Part shown: positions 8,364 to 17,892 of the stretch, piece after piece
How the letters are laid out: each line of letters begins with the position of its first letter
Numbering within the stretch: position 1 is the stretch's first letter
UHGV virus genome: UHGV-0038856
DNA from: a virus
Direction: 5' to 3' (one strand)
Length of the DNA: 45,650 nt
Translations under genes and position numbers: made by a program
Notes under the pieces: model-generated
Told to the model about the DNA's origin: nothing
The model's input: the letters and a program-made list of their open reading frames with translations, nothing else
Databases searched by the model: none

Positions 8364-9914
8364 ATGAGTGAGATTATAAATTCAAAAGATTGGGCAAAAA
8401 CATATAAAGCATGCAATTTTATAGAAAAAGGTGTATGTGAATATTCTGATGAAAGAGTTTATCTTTCGCAAGAAACTTTAATGAGATGTTCTCAATCGTT
8501 AAAAGGTCGTCCTGTAGTGATTGGTCATGTTAGAGGTATAACTCCTGACAATATGCAAAGGTATGCTGTTGGGTATGTCACTAAAGTCGGTAGTGATTGT
8601 GATGGTTTTAGTTGTGATTTTGTTGTGTTTGATGATGCTGGTAATCAAGTTATACTTGATGGATATAGTGTGTCGTGTGCATATAAACCATTAGCATTTA
8701 CTGCTGGTGGAACGTGGCATAATGTTCCTTATGCTAGAGAGATTACTGATTTGAAATTTACACATTTGGCATTAGTTAAAAATCCACGATATGAGGATGC
8801 AAAGGTGTACGAGAATAGTAAAAATGGTGACAAAGATGGTCATTGGATTACGATTAAAGGTACTCATGTATTTGTTAAAGATGGTCAAACAGTAAAAGAG
8901 GCTATGAAGAAGACGTTTAAGGATTCTTCTAGTGAAAAAAGCAAACAACAGTTGAGTGCTAACTGGGAAAAATCTTTATATAGTAATAATTGGCAATTGT
9001 ATACGGATAAATTTTCTGCAAGTGTTGATGCTATGCGAAATGATGGATACTCTGTTAAAGTTTTTGATGCGGAAGGTCATAATACAAATGTATATAAAGA
9101 ATGTGCTACAAAAAAAGAAGCAATGGAATGGGCTGAAATTCGAATAGATGAATTGAATAAGCAACAAGATATTTTAAAAGAAAAGAGATTAGATGTTGCT
9201 AAAGAAGCATATTCTAGAGATAAAGGTCTCAAAGGTAAGTATGCTAAAGAAGATGCCGATTTCGATGTACAGCAAATGAAGAAAGATATTGAGACTGCTC
9301 AAGAATTGGGTTATAAAGAAGTTGAAGATATAGCAGAGTTTTTGGGGTTGGATGATGATGAGGTTAGAGAAACTTTAGCTAAATCTTCTAATGAAAAATC
9401 AGAATATAAAAAAGCATTAGAAAAAGTTGAGTACGATAAAGTTAAAGAGCAGAAGAAAAGGTTTGATAAGCTTCCTCCTGCTGAGAGTAAAGGGCAAGAA
9501 AAAGCGAGAAAGGTTGTCAAAAGAGAGTTGGATAAGAAGCTGAGCGAAAAGAATAATAGTAAGGAGGAAGATATGAATTTTGATGAATTCTTTAACAAGA
9601 TGGGTGAAATGCTTGAAGAAAAGCTAAACTCATGCAAAAGTAAAATGAATGCCGAAGAAGAACAAGATAACGACGACAAGTTTGAGATGGATGGTGAAAC
9701 TTATTCTAAAAAAGAACTTGTAAACGCATTCAAAGAAAAGAAAAATGCTGAAGAAGCTGCTGCTAAGAAGGAGGAGGAAGAAAAACAGAATGGTTTAGAT
9801 GCCTTTAAACAAATGGAAGAAAAAATGAATTCTCGTCCTGAAGGTTATGATAAAATTGAGATTTATAGCCAAAAAGCAGGCTTAGAACGTGGTAAAGCTA
9901 TTTACGGTAAATAA
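8364..9914 (+). CDS. Prohead protease/scaffold (DUF2213-like N-terminus) with inserted domain and nested scaffold
   Basis: LKGRPVVIGH, SVSCAY and HLALVKNPRY motifs; acidic helical C-terminus; internal AAGGAGG RBS before in-frame ATG 9573. Confidence 0.82.
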   Translation: MSEIINSKDWAKTYKACNFIEKGVCEYSDERVYLSQETLMRCSQSLKGRPVVIGHVRGITPDNMQRYAVGYVTKVGSDCDGFSCDFVVFDDAGNQVILDGYSVSCAYKPLAFTAGGTWHNVPYAREITDLKFTHLALVKNPRYEDAKVYENSKNGDKDGHWITIKGTHVFVKDGQTVKEAMKKTFKDSSSEKSKQQLSANWEKSLYSNNWQLYTDKFSASVDAMRNDGYSVKVFDAEGHNTNVYKECATKKEAMEWAEIRIDELNKQQDILKEKRLDVAKEAYSRDKGLKGKYAKEDADFDVQQMKKDIETAQELGYKEVEDIAEFLGLDDDEVRETLAKSSNEKSEYKKALEKVEYDKVKEQKKRFDKLPPAESKGQEKARKVVKRELDKKLSEKNNSKEEDMNFDEFFNKMGEMLEEKLNSCKSKMNAEEEQDNDDKFEMDGETYSKKELVNAFKEKKNAEEAAAKKEEEEKQNGLDAFKQMEEKMNSRPEGYDKIEIYSQKAGLERGKAIYGK

Positions 9915-9928
9915 TAAGGAGATAAAAG

Positions 9929-10387
9929 ATGAGTTTAAATCAATTTGGTATCTCAGATGGTAAGGGGATTGTAGTTACTCCAAAAAATACTAGAGATTGT
10001 AAAGTTTATACAGAAGATGGTGCTGTATTAAATCCTGGTGATTTTGTAAAAATTAAAGATGTTGCAGGCCCTATTACTGTTGTTGAGAAAATTGCAGCAG
10101 CTACTGATAATGTATTCGGCGTTGTTGCTTATGATTCGGCAAAAAAAGAAACTTATGGCAATGGTGAAATTGCCAATATTGCTTACGATTACTCTATTGT
10201 TAAGATGGAAGCGTCAGCAGCAATTGCAGCAGGAACTGAAGTTATGCCTGTTGTAGAAGGTTCTAAAGTTGCAACTGCTACTGCCAATAATATGGCGATT
10301 GGTCAAGCTTGCATTAAAGCGACTGCTGCAGGACAGTTAATTCCTGTTATGATACACAAAGCTACCAAAGTTGCGGCAGCTGGTTAG
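9929..10387 (+). CDS. Capsid decoration/cement protein
   Basis: Ala/Gly-rich 152 aa between scaffold and capsid genes; motifs MEASAAIAAG and ATAAGQLIPV. Confidence 0.75.
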   Translation: MSLNQFGISDGKGIVVTPKNTRDCKVYTEDGAVLNPGDFVKIKDVAGPITVVEKIAAATDNVFGVVAYDSAKKETYGNGEIANIAYDYSIVKMEASAAIAAGTEVMPVVEGSKVATATANNMAIGQACIKATAAGQLIPVMIHKATKVAAAG

Positions 10388-10403
10388 AGAAAGGGAGAGA
10401 TGA

Positions 10404-11462
10404 ATGAAAAGAGAAAATCCATTAGCTCTAGTTGTTAATCGTGATGGTGAAATTTGGTCTCCACAAGGTAAAGTTGGTTATGCTGACAGTAAATTAACAA
10501 TGGAGAAACTTAATGCAGTTGGTGCAGATCAGAATGTTACTACACTAACGACTGTTTTGCCTACAATTATTGAGCAAAAATTTTACGAAATGCCATTGGC
10601 TGACATTGTAGATATTGAAGTTGGTCAGGGTAACCCATTTAATACAACTTTATTCAATTGGACTACTGAAATAAGAGGTGGAGATTTTGAAGCTGGATTG
10701 GTTAATATGGCTAAGAATAGAGCAGATGCAAATGCAGATGATATTGCTGTATCTCCTACTGAAAGAAAAGTAATTGGTTGGAAAAAAGATGTTAATTACA
10801 ATATCTTTGAAGAAGGTACTTTTGCTGCTGGTACTAAGAATATGGACTATGCTCAAGCAAAATATAGAGCTCGTAAAAAACAATATGACTTGGGTATACA
10901 AGATACAGTAAACTTTGGTTTAAAATCAGATCAAGCTAATTATCCTGGTATATTGACTCAATCAGAAGTAACTTCTAATATAACTTTAATCACTAAGCTT
11001 TTATCATCAATGACTGCAAATGAATTAAATGCTGTTATTGCTGGTTTACTTCCTGCATATATGAATGAATGTGCATATACAGATAAACCAAATGTATTTA
11101 TGATTCCTGCAGGTGATTACTATGGATTGACTAGTCAAATGTCAGCAGAATATCCAATGAAAACTAAATTGGAAATTTTGGAAGATGCTTTGAAACGTGG
11201 TACTGGTGATGGTAATTTCAAAGTTATTCCTAACGCTTACTGTATGAAAGCAAATAACGCTTCTATAACTAACTTAAATAAGAATCGTTACGTTTTATAC
11301 AGAAAAGACCCTGATCGTTTGATTATGAATGTTCCTTTGGATTTCACAGTAACATTACCTGGTACAATTAATGGTTTCGATTATACATCAGCTGCATATT
11401 CTAGATTTACTGGTGTTAAATTATTTAGACCTAAAACAATGTTGTACTTTGACTTTACATAG
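10404..11462 (+). CDS. Major capsid protein (HK97 fold, DUF2184-like)
   Basis: Position, size, and GIL/P..Y..L/TG...RP motifs. Confidence 0.85.
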   Translation: MKRENPLALVVNRDGEIWSPQGKVGYADSKLTMEKLNAVGADQNVTTLTTVLPTIIEQKFYEMPLADIVDIEVGQGNPFNTTLFNWTTEIRGGDFEAGLVNMAKNRADANADDIAVSPTERKVIGWKKDVNYNIFEEGTFAAGTKNMDYAQAKYRARKKQYDLGIQDTVNFGLKSDQANYPGILTQSEVTSNITLITKLLSSMTANELNAVIAGLLPAYMNECAYTDKPNVFMIPAGDYYGLTSQMSAEYPMKTKLEILEDALKRGTGDGNFKVIPNAYCMKANNASITNLNKNRYVLYRKDPDRLIMNVPLDFTVTLPGTINGFDYTSAAYSRFTGVKLFRPKTMLYFDFT

Positions 11463-11471
11463 GAGGTAGTA

Positions 11472-11774
11472 ATGCAATTATTTAATAAAGGAAAACGCGC
11501 AATTGTATTAGCAGGTGGAAAAAGAATTGAAGCTGGTGAAATTTTTGAAGTATCAAAAGAAGTTGCAAAAACTTTAACTGATCTTTATCCTGAAGAAATC
11601 GTTGCACCACCTGTTGCAGATAATAAAGATAAAAAGGCTAATGAGACAATTGAGCTATTAAAAGCTGATTTGCAGGCCGTTACTAAAGAACGTGACGAAT
11701 TGGTGAAACAACGTGATGAGCTAATAAAAGAACGTGACGAATTGGTGAAAAAGATAGAAAAGGCAAATAAATAG
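11472..11774 (+). CDS. Small head-associated protein with coiled-coil heptad repeats
   Basis: GGAGG RBS; KERDELV-KQRDELI-KERDELV repeat. Confidence 0.7.
   Translation: MQLFNKGKRAIVLAGGKRIEAGEIFEVSKEVAKTLTDLYPEEIVAPPVADNKDKKANETIELLKADLQAVTKERDELVKQRDELIKERDELVKKIEKANK
11685..11750 (+). repeat. Three 21-bp tandem units (24-bp exact repeat at 11685 and 11727)
   Basis: aaagaacgtgacgaattggtgaaa occurs twice, 42 bp apart. Confidence 0.9.
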
Positions 11775-11803
11775 ACTACTTCTCTATTCTTATAAACAAA
11801 CAT

Positions 11804-11841
11804 TCAAGAGTGATGTATTAACATCACTCTTGATGTATAAT
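11804..11841 (+). promoter_or_regulatory. 13-bp hairpin (tcaagagtgatgt/acatcactcttga) abutting a TGTATAAT -10 box
   Basis: Stem 11804-11816/11821-11833; TATAAT at 11836-11841; ATG at 11848. Confidence 0.6.
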
Positions 11842-11847
11842 AATAAT

Positions 11848-12411
11848 ATGAGTAATATTACAGTAGAAGAATTTAAAACATATTTTGGACGTGACTTTCC
11901 TTATCTACCTATTTACAACAATCAACGTACATATTGGTTAGATGATGAAGTGTTTGATGAGGATAGTGAGCAGTTCTATATATCACTAAAAGATGATAAT
12001 ACTGCTCTATTGTCTGATGATACTGCTTGGAAAGTTATAAAAGATGATATTTTTAACTATGTATTAGATGAAGATATTGAACGTGCAATTGTCGAGATGG
12101 ATGCTTTGTTTCCTTATCATCTTCAATTAGAAGATGGATTAGTTGTTATTTTACAATGCTTGTTGACTGCACATATTCTTGTGAATAATATTCGTACAAG
12201 TAATTCGGGTTTAGCTTCACAGTTCACTTCTATTGTTACAGGTAAGTCAGTAGGTAGTGTTTCACAACAGTATGGCATTCCTCAAAGTCTTTTGTCTAAT
12301 GAATGGGGAGCATTCTTTATTGGAACTCAATATGGATTGCAGTATTTAGCATATTTATATCCATATTTAATTGGTAATGCAAGTGCAGTAGAAGGTGCAA
12401 CTTTACCGTAG
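11848..12411 (+). CDS. Head-tail adaptor (DUF4054-like)
   Basis: ITVEEFK..F, LLTAH, KSVGSVS and TQYG.QY motifs; likely start ATG 11848. Confidence 0.8.
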   Translation: MSNITVEEFKTYFGRDFPYLPIYNNQRTYWLDDEVFDEDSEQFYISLKDDNTALLSDDTAWKVIKDDIFNYVLDEDIERAIVEMDALFPYHLQLEDGLVVILQCLLTAHILVNNIRTSNSGLASQFTSIVTGKSVGSVSQQYGIPQSLLSNEWGAFFIGTQYGLQYLAYLYPYLIGNASAVEGATLP

Positions 12412-12419
12412 GAGAATAT

Positions 12420-12938
12420 ATGGCTACTATTAAGGGTGAAGATTTAAAAGGTTTAAAAAATCTAGCTGCCAATATCGAGAAGTTAAAAAAATATCGAGTA
12501 AAAGTTGGTGTGCTTGGTGGTAACTATCCTACTGGTGAAAGTATAGCAAGTGTTGCAGTTTTACATGAGTTTGGAAGTGAATCTAAACGTACCTTTATGT
12601 ACAAAGGTCGTAAGATTACAATAGGAGGAGTACCAACTCGTTCATTTTTGCGTATGCCTTTAAGGTTAAAGATTAAGACACTATCAAAAATGGATGAAGT
12701 TGACAGAGCTATGCTCATTAGAGGATTGGAAACAGGTCAAGTACAACATCCACTTTATATGCTCGGCTTAAAAGGAGAAGCTGTAGTACAAAAAGCATTT
12801 GATTCGCAAGGTTTTGGTCAATGGCCACGCAATATAAGCGAGGTATATAAAGACTTAAAAGGTTCTGATATTCCATTAATTGATTCAGGTTTGTTACGTA
12901 ATTCGATTTCTAGTGAAGTTTATAAAAAAGGAGAATGA
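12420..12938 (+). CDS. Neck/tail completion protein (HK97 gp10-like)
   Basis: VKVG, HEFG, P.RSFLR and PLIDSG.L.NSI motifs. Confidence 0.8.
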   Translation: MATIKGEDLKGLKNLAANIEKLKKYRVKVGVLGGNYPTGESIASVAVLHEFGSESKRTFMYKGRKITIGGVPTRSFLRMPLRLKIKTLSKMDEVDRAMLIRGLETGQVQHPLYMLGLKGEAVVQKAFDSQGFGQWPRNISEVYKDLKGSDIPLIDSGLLRNSISSEVYKKGE

Positions 12939-13324
12939 TGGCAGGTAGAAACTATAAAATAAATCAGATGCTAAACGGAATGCCTCAAGTCGATGATGTG
13001 TTAGTTGGATGGGAAGTAACTTTTCTCATAAACTACTCTTATCAAATTAAAATCGACGGAGAATTTGTTAATCGTTCGAAAATTACAAAAGTAAAAGGTG
13101 TTTTGCAACCTTTACATCCTGAAGAAGTTGAATTGAAACCTGAAGGACAACGTTCTTGGACTTGGTATCAACTACACGTCTCTACTGAGTATGCTCAAAT
13201 GGCACCTGGCAATATTGTAACTATTAATAATTTAAATTATAAAGTTATGGCTTTAAAGGATTATTCTTTAAATGGTTATACAGAATATCATTTGATTAGA
13301 GATTATCAAGGAAGTGTAGCGTGA
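12935..13324 (+). CDS. Head closure protein
   Basis: Position and GVLQP...L.PEGQRSW motif. Confidence 0.7.
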   Translation: MMAGRNYKINQMLNGMPQVDDVLVGWEVTFLINYSYQIKIDGEFVNRSKITKVKGVLQPLHPEEVELKPEGQRSWTWYQLHVSTEYAQMAPGNIVTINNLNYKVMALKDYSLNGYTEYHLIRDYQGSVA

Positions 13325-13911
13325 CAAAACAAAATCGTGAAATAGAAAAAATAATACAAGATATTTTGTTGCATGAATTGAACTTACCAGAAGATTATGG
13401 TACAGAAGATGGCTATATCGTTCCTAGTGTTTATATAGTTGCACCTAATATTCATCTTGGTACAACTGATAAATTGCAAATAGGTATTCAGTCTATTGGT
13501 TCACGTATTATTAGTAGTGTTAGTGAGCAGAAAGAAAAAGATGGTATATTCTTAGAAGAAAAGCAAATGGTTGTGTCTGATAATATTCAAATAGATATTA
13601 AGAGTAAAAATTCAGATGCAAGAATAAGACGTTTTGAAGTTCTAGCTGCATTAGAATCTATATACGCTAAACAAATGCAAGAAAAGTGGCATTGTAGAAT
13701 ATTTCAAATTCCACGTGGGTTTATTAATATAAGTTTTGCTGAAGGATCTGCTCAAATATATAGATTTTCTGCAACCATTGCTACTCAATACACTAGAAGA
13801 TATACTACAGAAATTGATTATTACGATACATTTCCTATTGAATCAAGTGTTGATTCGCTTGATAATAAGAAAAGATTTGTAGTTGATAAAGATTTCAAAC
13901 CGTTTCAGTAG
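13321..13911 (+). CDS. Tail terminator/neck protein
   Basis: Position immediately before the sheath gene; size. Confidence 0.65.
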   Translation: MTKQNREIEKIIQDILLHELNLPEDYGTEDGYIVPSVYIVAPNIHLGTTDKLQIGIQSIGSRIISSVSEQKEKDGIFLEEKQMVVSDNIQIDIKSKNSDARIRRFEVLAALESIYAKQMQEKWHCRIFQIPRGFINISFAEGSAQIYRFSATIATQYTRRYTTEIDYYDTFPIESSVDSLDNKKRFVVDKDFKPFQ

Positions 13912-13921
13912 TGTATAATAA
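13909..13921 (+). promoter_or_regulatory. Putative late promoter TAGTGTATAATAA
   Basis: Identical to 8333-8345; upstream of the sheath gene. Confidence 0.55.
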
Positions 13922-13942
13922 AAATAAAAAAGGAGAAATAAA

Positions 13943-15427
13943 ATGCCACAAATTGATGTATCTTATTCGGTTGATGTTAACTTGTCGTCAGCACCGCGTG
14001 GTCTATCTACTCGTATAGTTGCGAATGTAGGTCTTTTTTCTAACGAAGTACCATTGTTCTCTGACGAGTATAGAGTATATTCTAGTCCTTCTTCTGTTGA
14101 GGAAGATTTTGGTTCCGATAGTGTAACGTATGCAATGGCAAATGCAATGTTCTCTCAATCACCAAATTTAACCTCAGGTAGAGGTTCGTTATTCATATTT
14201 CCATATGTAGCAACTAATGGTACGAGTGGTCATGCAGAAACTGGAGATATTTCTGCAAACGTTGAAAAGTTTGCAGAAGTTACTAATGGTGAAATTGTAT
14301 TTACTATTGATGGTAAAGATACCAAAATGATTAAACTGAATTTCAGAGGTGTTAAGACATTACAAGATATTGCTAATGTTTTATTGGCTAAGTTGCCTGA
14401 TATGTTTGTTGAAGTTGATTCTACTGGTAAGAAGCTAGTATTTACTTCTAAAACATTTGGTAAGAATAGTACAATTGCTATTTCTGCTGTAAGTGGAGAT
14501 GGTGTTGATTTGACAGGAGCAAATTATTTTAATACTGCAGGAATAGAACCTGTTGCAGGTACAGATGCGGTTGATCAGGAACATTTGTATGAAGCTGTAA
14601 ATAGAGTTTTAGAAAAAGTTTACTTCGGTCAAATTATGGATACTTGTTATAGAGAGGCTGATTCGGTTAAAGAGAATGCTAAAAATCTTGCTTCTACTGA
14701 TAGAAATTACTTCGAAGTAAGCGCATCTTTAAATAAAGCAGTAGATGGTTTAGGTAGTGAGTTGTTATTAGGTGGTTATAAACGTGTCAAGTTGATGGGA
14801 TATGGAGTTGGTCAAAAGGAAGCAAAATGTATGATGGCTGCTGCTATTTCAAGAGGTTTGGCAACAAATTATGCTGGTTCTAATACAGCTTTAACATTGA
14901 ATTTAAAAGAATTGTCAACAATTGATCCTGATGACAATTTGAATTTGACATTTGTAACAAAAGCGAAAAATGCAGGTGTAGATGTATATGCTAATCAAGG
15001 TGGATTAGGTGTATATTTCTCTAATAAAGGTGCAGGTGGATATTTTGATGATATGACTGGTTCTCAAGCATTTCAAAACGATTTACAAGTTGCTGCTTAT
15101 AATTATATTAGACAAGTTGGTACTAAAGTTGCTCAAACAGAACTTGGTATGACAGGTGTAAAAAATGTATTAGCGAAAGTTTGTCGTCAATATGTTACAA
15201 ATGGATTTTTGGGTGTAGGTTTGACTTGGAATGGTGCTGATAAGTTTGGAGATCCTGAAGATTTTGACCAAAATATTTACGATCAAGGTTTCTATATTTA
15301 CAGCATACCAGTTGCAGAACAATCGCAAACTGATAGAGAGGATAGAATTGCTCCATTAATTCAATTAGCTGCAAAATCTGCAGGTGCAATTCACTTCTTA
15401 ACAATTAATGGCATACTAGAGTCGTAG
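13943..15427 (+). CDS. Tail sheath protein (DUF3383-like)
   Basis: Y.S...V..DFG...AMFSQSP N-terminus and R..R.AP...AGAIH C-terminus. Confidence 0.88.
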   Translation: MPQIDVSYSVDVNLSSAPRGLSTRIVANVGLFSNEVPLFSDEYRVYSSPSSVEEDFGSDSVTYAMANAMFSQSPNLTSGRGSLFIFPYVATNGTSGHAETGDISANVEKFAEVTNGEIVFTIDGKDTKMIKLNFRGVKTLQDIANVLLAKLPDMFVEVDSTGKKLVFTSKTFGKNSTIAISAVSGDGVDLTGANYFNTAGIEPVAGTDAVDQEHLYEAVNRVLEKVYFGQIMDTCYREADSVKENAKNLASTDRNYFEVSASLNKAVDGLGSELLLGGYKRVKLMGYGVGQKEAKCMMAAAISRGLATNYAGSNTALTLNLKELSTIDPDDNLNLTFVTKAKNAGVDVYANQGGLGVYFSNKGAGGYFDDMTGSQAFQNDLQVAAYNYIRQVGTKVAQTELGMTGVKNVLAKVCRQYVTNGFLGVGLTWNGADKFGDPEDFDQNIYDQGFYIYSIPVAEQSQTDREDRIAPLIQLAAKSAGAIHFLTINGILES

Positions 15428-15440
15428 ATAGGAGGTAAAA

Positions 15441-15899
15441 ATGGCTTTAATGAGTTTAGTTGGAGATGATACACTTCTTATCAACGATAGACCCGTACAT
15501 CTAGAATTTTTAGAAGGAGATACAGCTACAATTGATTTTCCAAATGAGTTAGTTTCTCTTTCTACTGGTAAAAATAAAAATACAATCTACGCAAAAAATG
15601 AAAGTGGAAGTAATTTTGATTTAACTTTCAACGTAATGCGTGGAGGTGCAGTTGATAAGTTTCTAAACGGTTTGCAAATCCAACAAAATGAAGATTGGGC
15701 AGCATTCAATTTGATGACTGGTGCATTTACTAAAAGGCTTGGTAATGGTCAAGGTCGTGTAACATACGACACATATATGCTTCAAGGAATGGTATTTGTA
15801 AAACCTGTTCCTACGAAAGGTAATGTAAGTGGAGATGGTGAACAAGGTAAAGCTCAATACACATTGCGTGGTGCTTTGGCGGTTAGAGCATTATCATAA
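15441..15899 (+). CDS. Tail tube protein
   Basis: 152 aa directly after the sheath gene; GGAGG RBS. Confidence 0.8.
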   Translation: MALMSLVGDDTLLINDRPVHLEFLEGDTATIDFPNELVSLSTGKNKNTIYAKNESGSNFDLTFNVMRGGAVDKFLNGLQIQQNEDWAAFNLMTGAFTKRLGNGQGRVTYDTYMLQGMVFVKPVPTKGNVSGDGEQGKAQYTLRGALAVRALS

Positions 15900-15904
15900 T
15901 TAGA

Positions 15905-15985
15905 ACATGTCAAGCCTTTGAGCTAAAATTGACATGTCATACAATAAATAGTAGTATAATTTTATACTACTATTTATTGTATAAT
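15905..15985. repeat. Two adjacent inverted repeats, the second a 21-bp-arm perfect palindrome ending in TGTATAAT
   Basis: acatgtcaa/ttgacatgt (15905-13/15929-37); atacaataaatagtagtataa/ttatactactatttattgtat (15939-59/15962-82). Confidence 0.85.
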
Positions 15986-16005
15986 AGTAGTAGGAGGAAG
16001 ATGAT

Positions 16006-16443
16006 ATGAGAGAAGTAAAAGGTTCTGAAGGAGCTAAAATTATTATCAATTCAACATCTTTTAAAAACGTTAAAAGATTGAGAAGATGTTTGGCAGAACA
16101 GTTAAAAGAAGTTAATATTGATATTGGTAATCCTTCGAGTTTAGAAGAGATTAAACAAGAGTTTAATGGTCATGTTTCGAAATATCTTAATAATTTTAAG
16201 AATATTTTGTTAGGTTTAGAATTGTCGCAAGAGTTTGAAGATGTTATGTGGGATTGCTTAAAAGATTGTGTTTACGATAATAAAGCGATCACTCCTACAT
16301 TATTTGATGATTTACCTGAAGTTCGTAATGATTATGATTTGATTGTTTATGAGTGTATAAAGGAGAATTTGGCACCTTTTTTCAAGAGTTTGGGTGGTCT
16401 GTTTGCTGCCCACGATCTTTCGAACGAGTTAGTCCAAAAATAA
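16006..16443 (+). CDS. Tail assembly chaperone (G-type)
   Basis: Between tube and tape measure; ENLAPFF end carries a slippery T TTT TTC. Confidence 0.8.
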   Translation: MREVKGSEGAKIIINSTSFKNVKRLRRCLAEQLKEVNIDIGNPSSLEEIKQEFNGHVSKYLNNFKNILLGLELSQEFEDVMWDCLKDCVYDNKAITPTLFDDLPEVRNDYDLIVYECIKENLAPFFKSLGGLFAAHDLSNELVQK

Positions 16444-16628
16444 ATGTTACAGTAGATGATTTAACCTCTATTGTATTTTCTTTAGCAAGAAAAGGTTATT
16501 GGGGTGGTAATCCAACTGAAATATGGAATGCTCCAGTAGAAGATGTGATTAATGCTTACAATTATGAAGCGTTTATAGTTACTTATCAAGAAACTGAAAT
16601 GCTTATAAATGAGGAGAATAATGGCTGA
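16377..16628 (+). CDS. Tail assembly chaperone -1 frameshift extension (GT-type)
   Basis: In-frame heptamer T TTT TTC at 16377-16383; the -1 frame is open to 16628. Confidence 0.7.
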   Translation, partial: FFQEFGWSVCCPRSFERVSPKINVTVDDLTSIVFSLARKGYWGGNPTEIWNAPVEDVINAYNYEAFIVTYQETEMLINEENNG

Positions 16629-17892
16629 GAATGGCTTATTAGATGAAATATTTGTAGCATTAGGATTTAAAGTTGACGAGAAAAAGGTCAAAGATTTTAA
16701 ATCTTCATTAGATGTTACAATAGGGTCTTTAAAACGAGTTGTTGTTGCGACAACAGGTGCAGTCGTTGCAATAGATAGGATGGCTAATGCTTTGTTACGT
16801 GCTAATCAGGCGTATGTAAGTTTTAATCAACAAACTGGTATTTCTATTGGTGCGATGAATAATATAATTGGGGCAGGAATGCTCTCTAATTATAATTTGA
16901 CTGCAGATGCAATGATGAGTTCTGTGCAAGCGTTACAATCTAACTTATCTGCAATTAAATATGGTCAAGGAAATATTGCTCCATTTCAAATGTTAGGAAT
17001 AAGTCCTGTTGGTAAAGATGCTATACAAGTAATTGAAGAGTTGAGAGGTGCAATTCAAGGAATAAGTGATATGGATGCAGTTAATCTCATTCAACAAATG
17101 GGATTATCTCCTGATATGATTTCACTTCTTCGTTTGTCTTCTACTGAGATGCAAAGATTAAATGCAGCTGCTCAACAGTTTATGCTAACAGATGCTCAAA
17201 GACAATCATTAAATCAATTTGCATTAGAATTGCGATTAGTTCACATGGAGATGTCTTATTTAAAAGATAAAGCTATTATTGCAATGGCACCTCATCTAAT
17301 TAAACTGCTAAATAATTTTGCTAAAATATTAGAGTTGTTATTTGAATATCGTAAAGTTTTAATGTGGTTAGGTGTTGGCGGTGTAGGTGCTATAATGGCT
17401 ATGAATAGATCGGTAAGAATCTTAGGCATCACAATCAATGCGACATTTGGAAAATGGTTAGCTGCACTGACTGCTATTTATTTAATACTAGAAGATATAG
17501 CCGTATGGAATGCAGGTGGTCAATCTTTAATTGGAGATTTATACGAATGGAGCCAAAGAGGTCATAAACGAGATAAAGATGCTCCACGTACTGATGACTT
17601 GTATAAAAATGTTTATGGTAAGGATAGAAATTTATGGACAAAATATAGTGATTGGATACAGAGTGGAGGTCCTATAGGTACTTTATTTAGTGGTGGAGCT
17701 TTATCTAATGACTTTTATGGTAATATGTTAAAAATGCAACAAGGCAATTCAGGAGCAGGTTCTGTGCATGCTAATCAGAATTTAACGCAAAACAATTATG
17801 TTACTGTTGGAGGTCAAAATGCACCTCAGCAAGCAGCACAACAAGTTACTGATTTAATGTTTACATTTATGCAAGCAGATGGGACAAGATAA
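16621..17892 (+). CDS. Tape measure protein (short)
   Basis: DE.FVALGFKVD N-terminus, helical A/Q/L-rich body and hydrophobic segments; GAGGAG RBS before ATG 16621. Confidence 0.85.
   Translation: MAENGLLDEIFVALGFKVDEKKVKDFKSSLDVTIGSLKRVVVATTGAVVAIDRMANALLRANQAYVSFNQQTGISIGAMNNIIGAGMLSNYNLTADAMMSSVQALQSNLSAIKYGQGNIAPFQMLGISPVGKDAIQVIEELRGAIQGISDMDAVNLIQQMGLSPDMISLLRLSSTEMQRLNAAAQQFMLTDAQRQSLNQFALELRLVHMEMSYLKDKAIIAMAPHLIKLLNNFAKILELLFEYRKVLMWLGVGGVGAIMAMNRSVRILGITINATFGKWLAALTAIYLILEDIAVWNAGGQSLIGDLYEWSQRGHKRDKDAPRTDDLYKNVYGKDRNLWTKYSDWIQSGGPIGTLFSGGALSNDFYGNMLKMQQGNSGAGSVHANQNLTQNNYVTVGGQNAPQQAAQQVTDLMFTFMQADGTR

Noticed and set aside
15929..15960. Consensus TTGACA...TATAAT promoter before the tail chaperone
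   Set aside because: The spacer is 20 nt and TTGACA is part of a hairpin arm; kept only as a -10/palindrome element.
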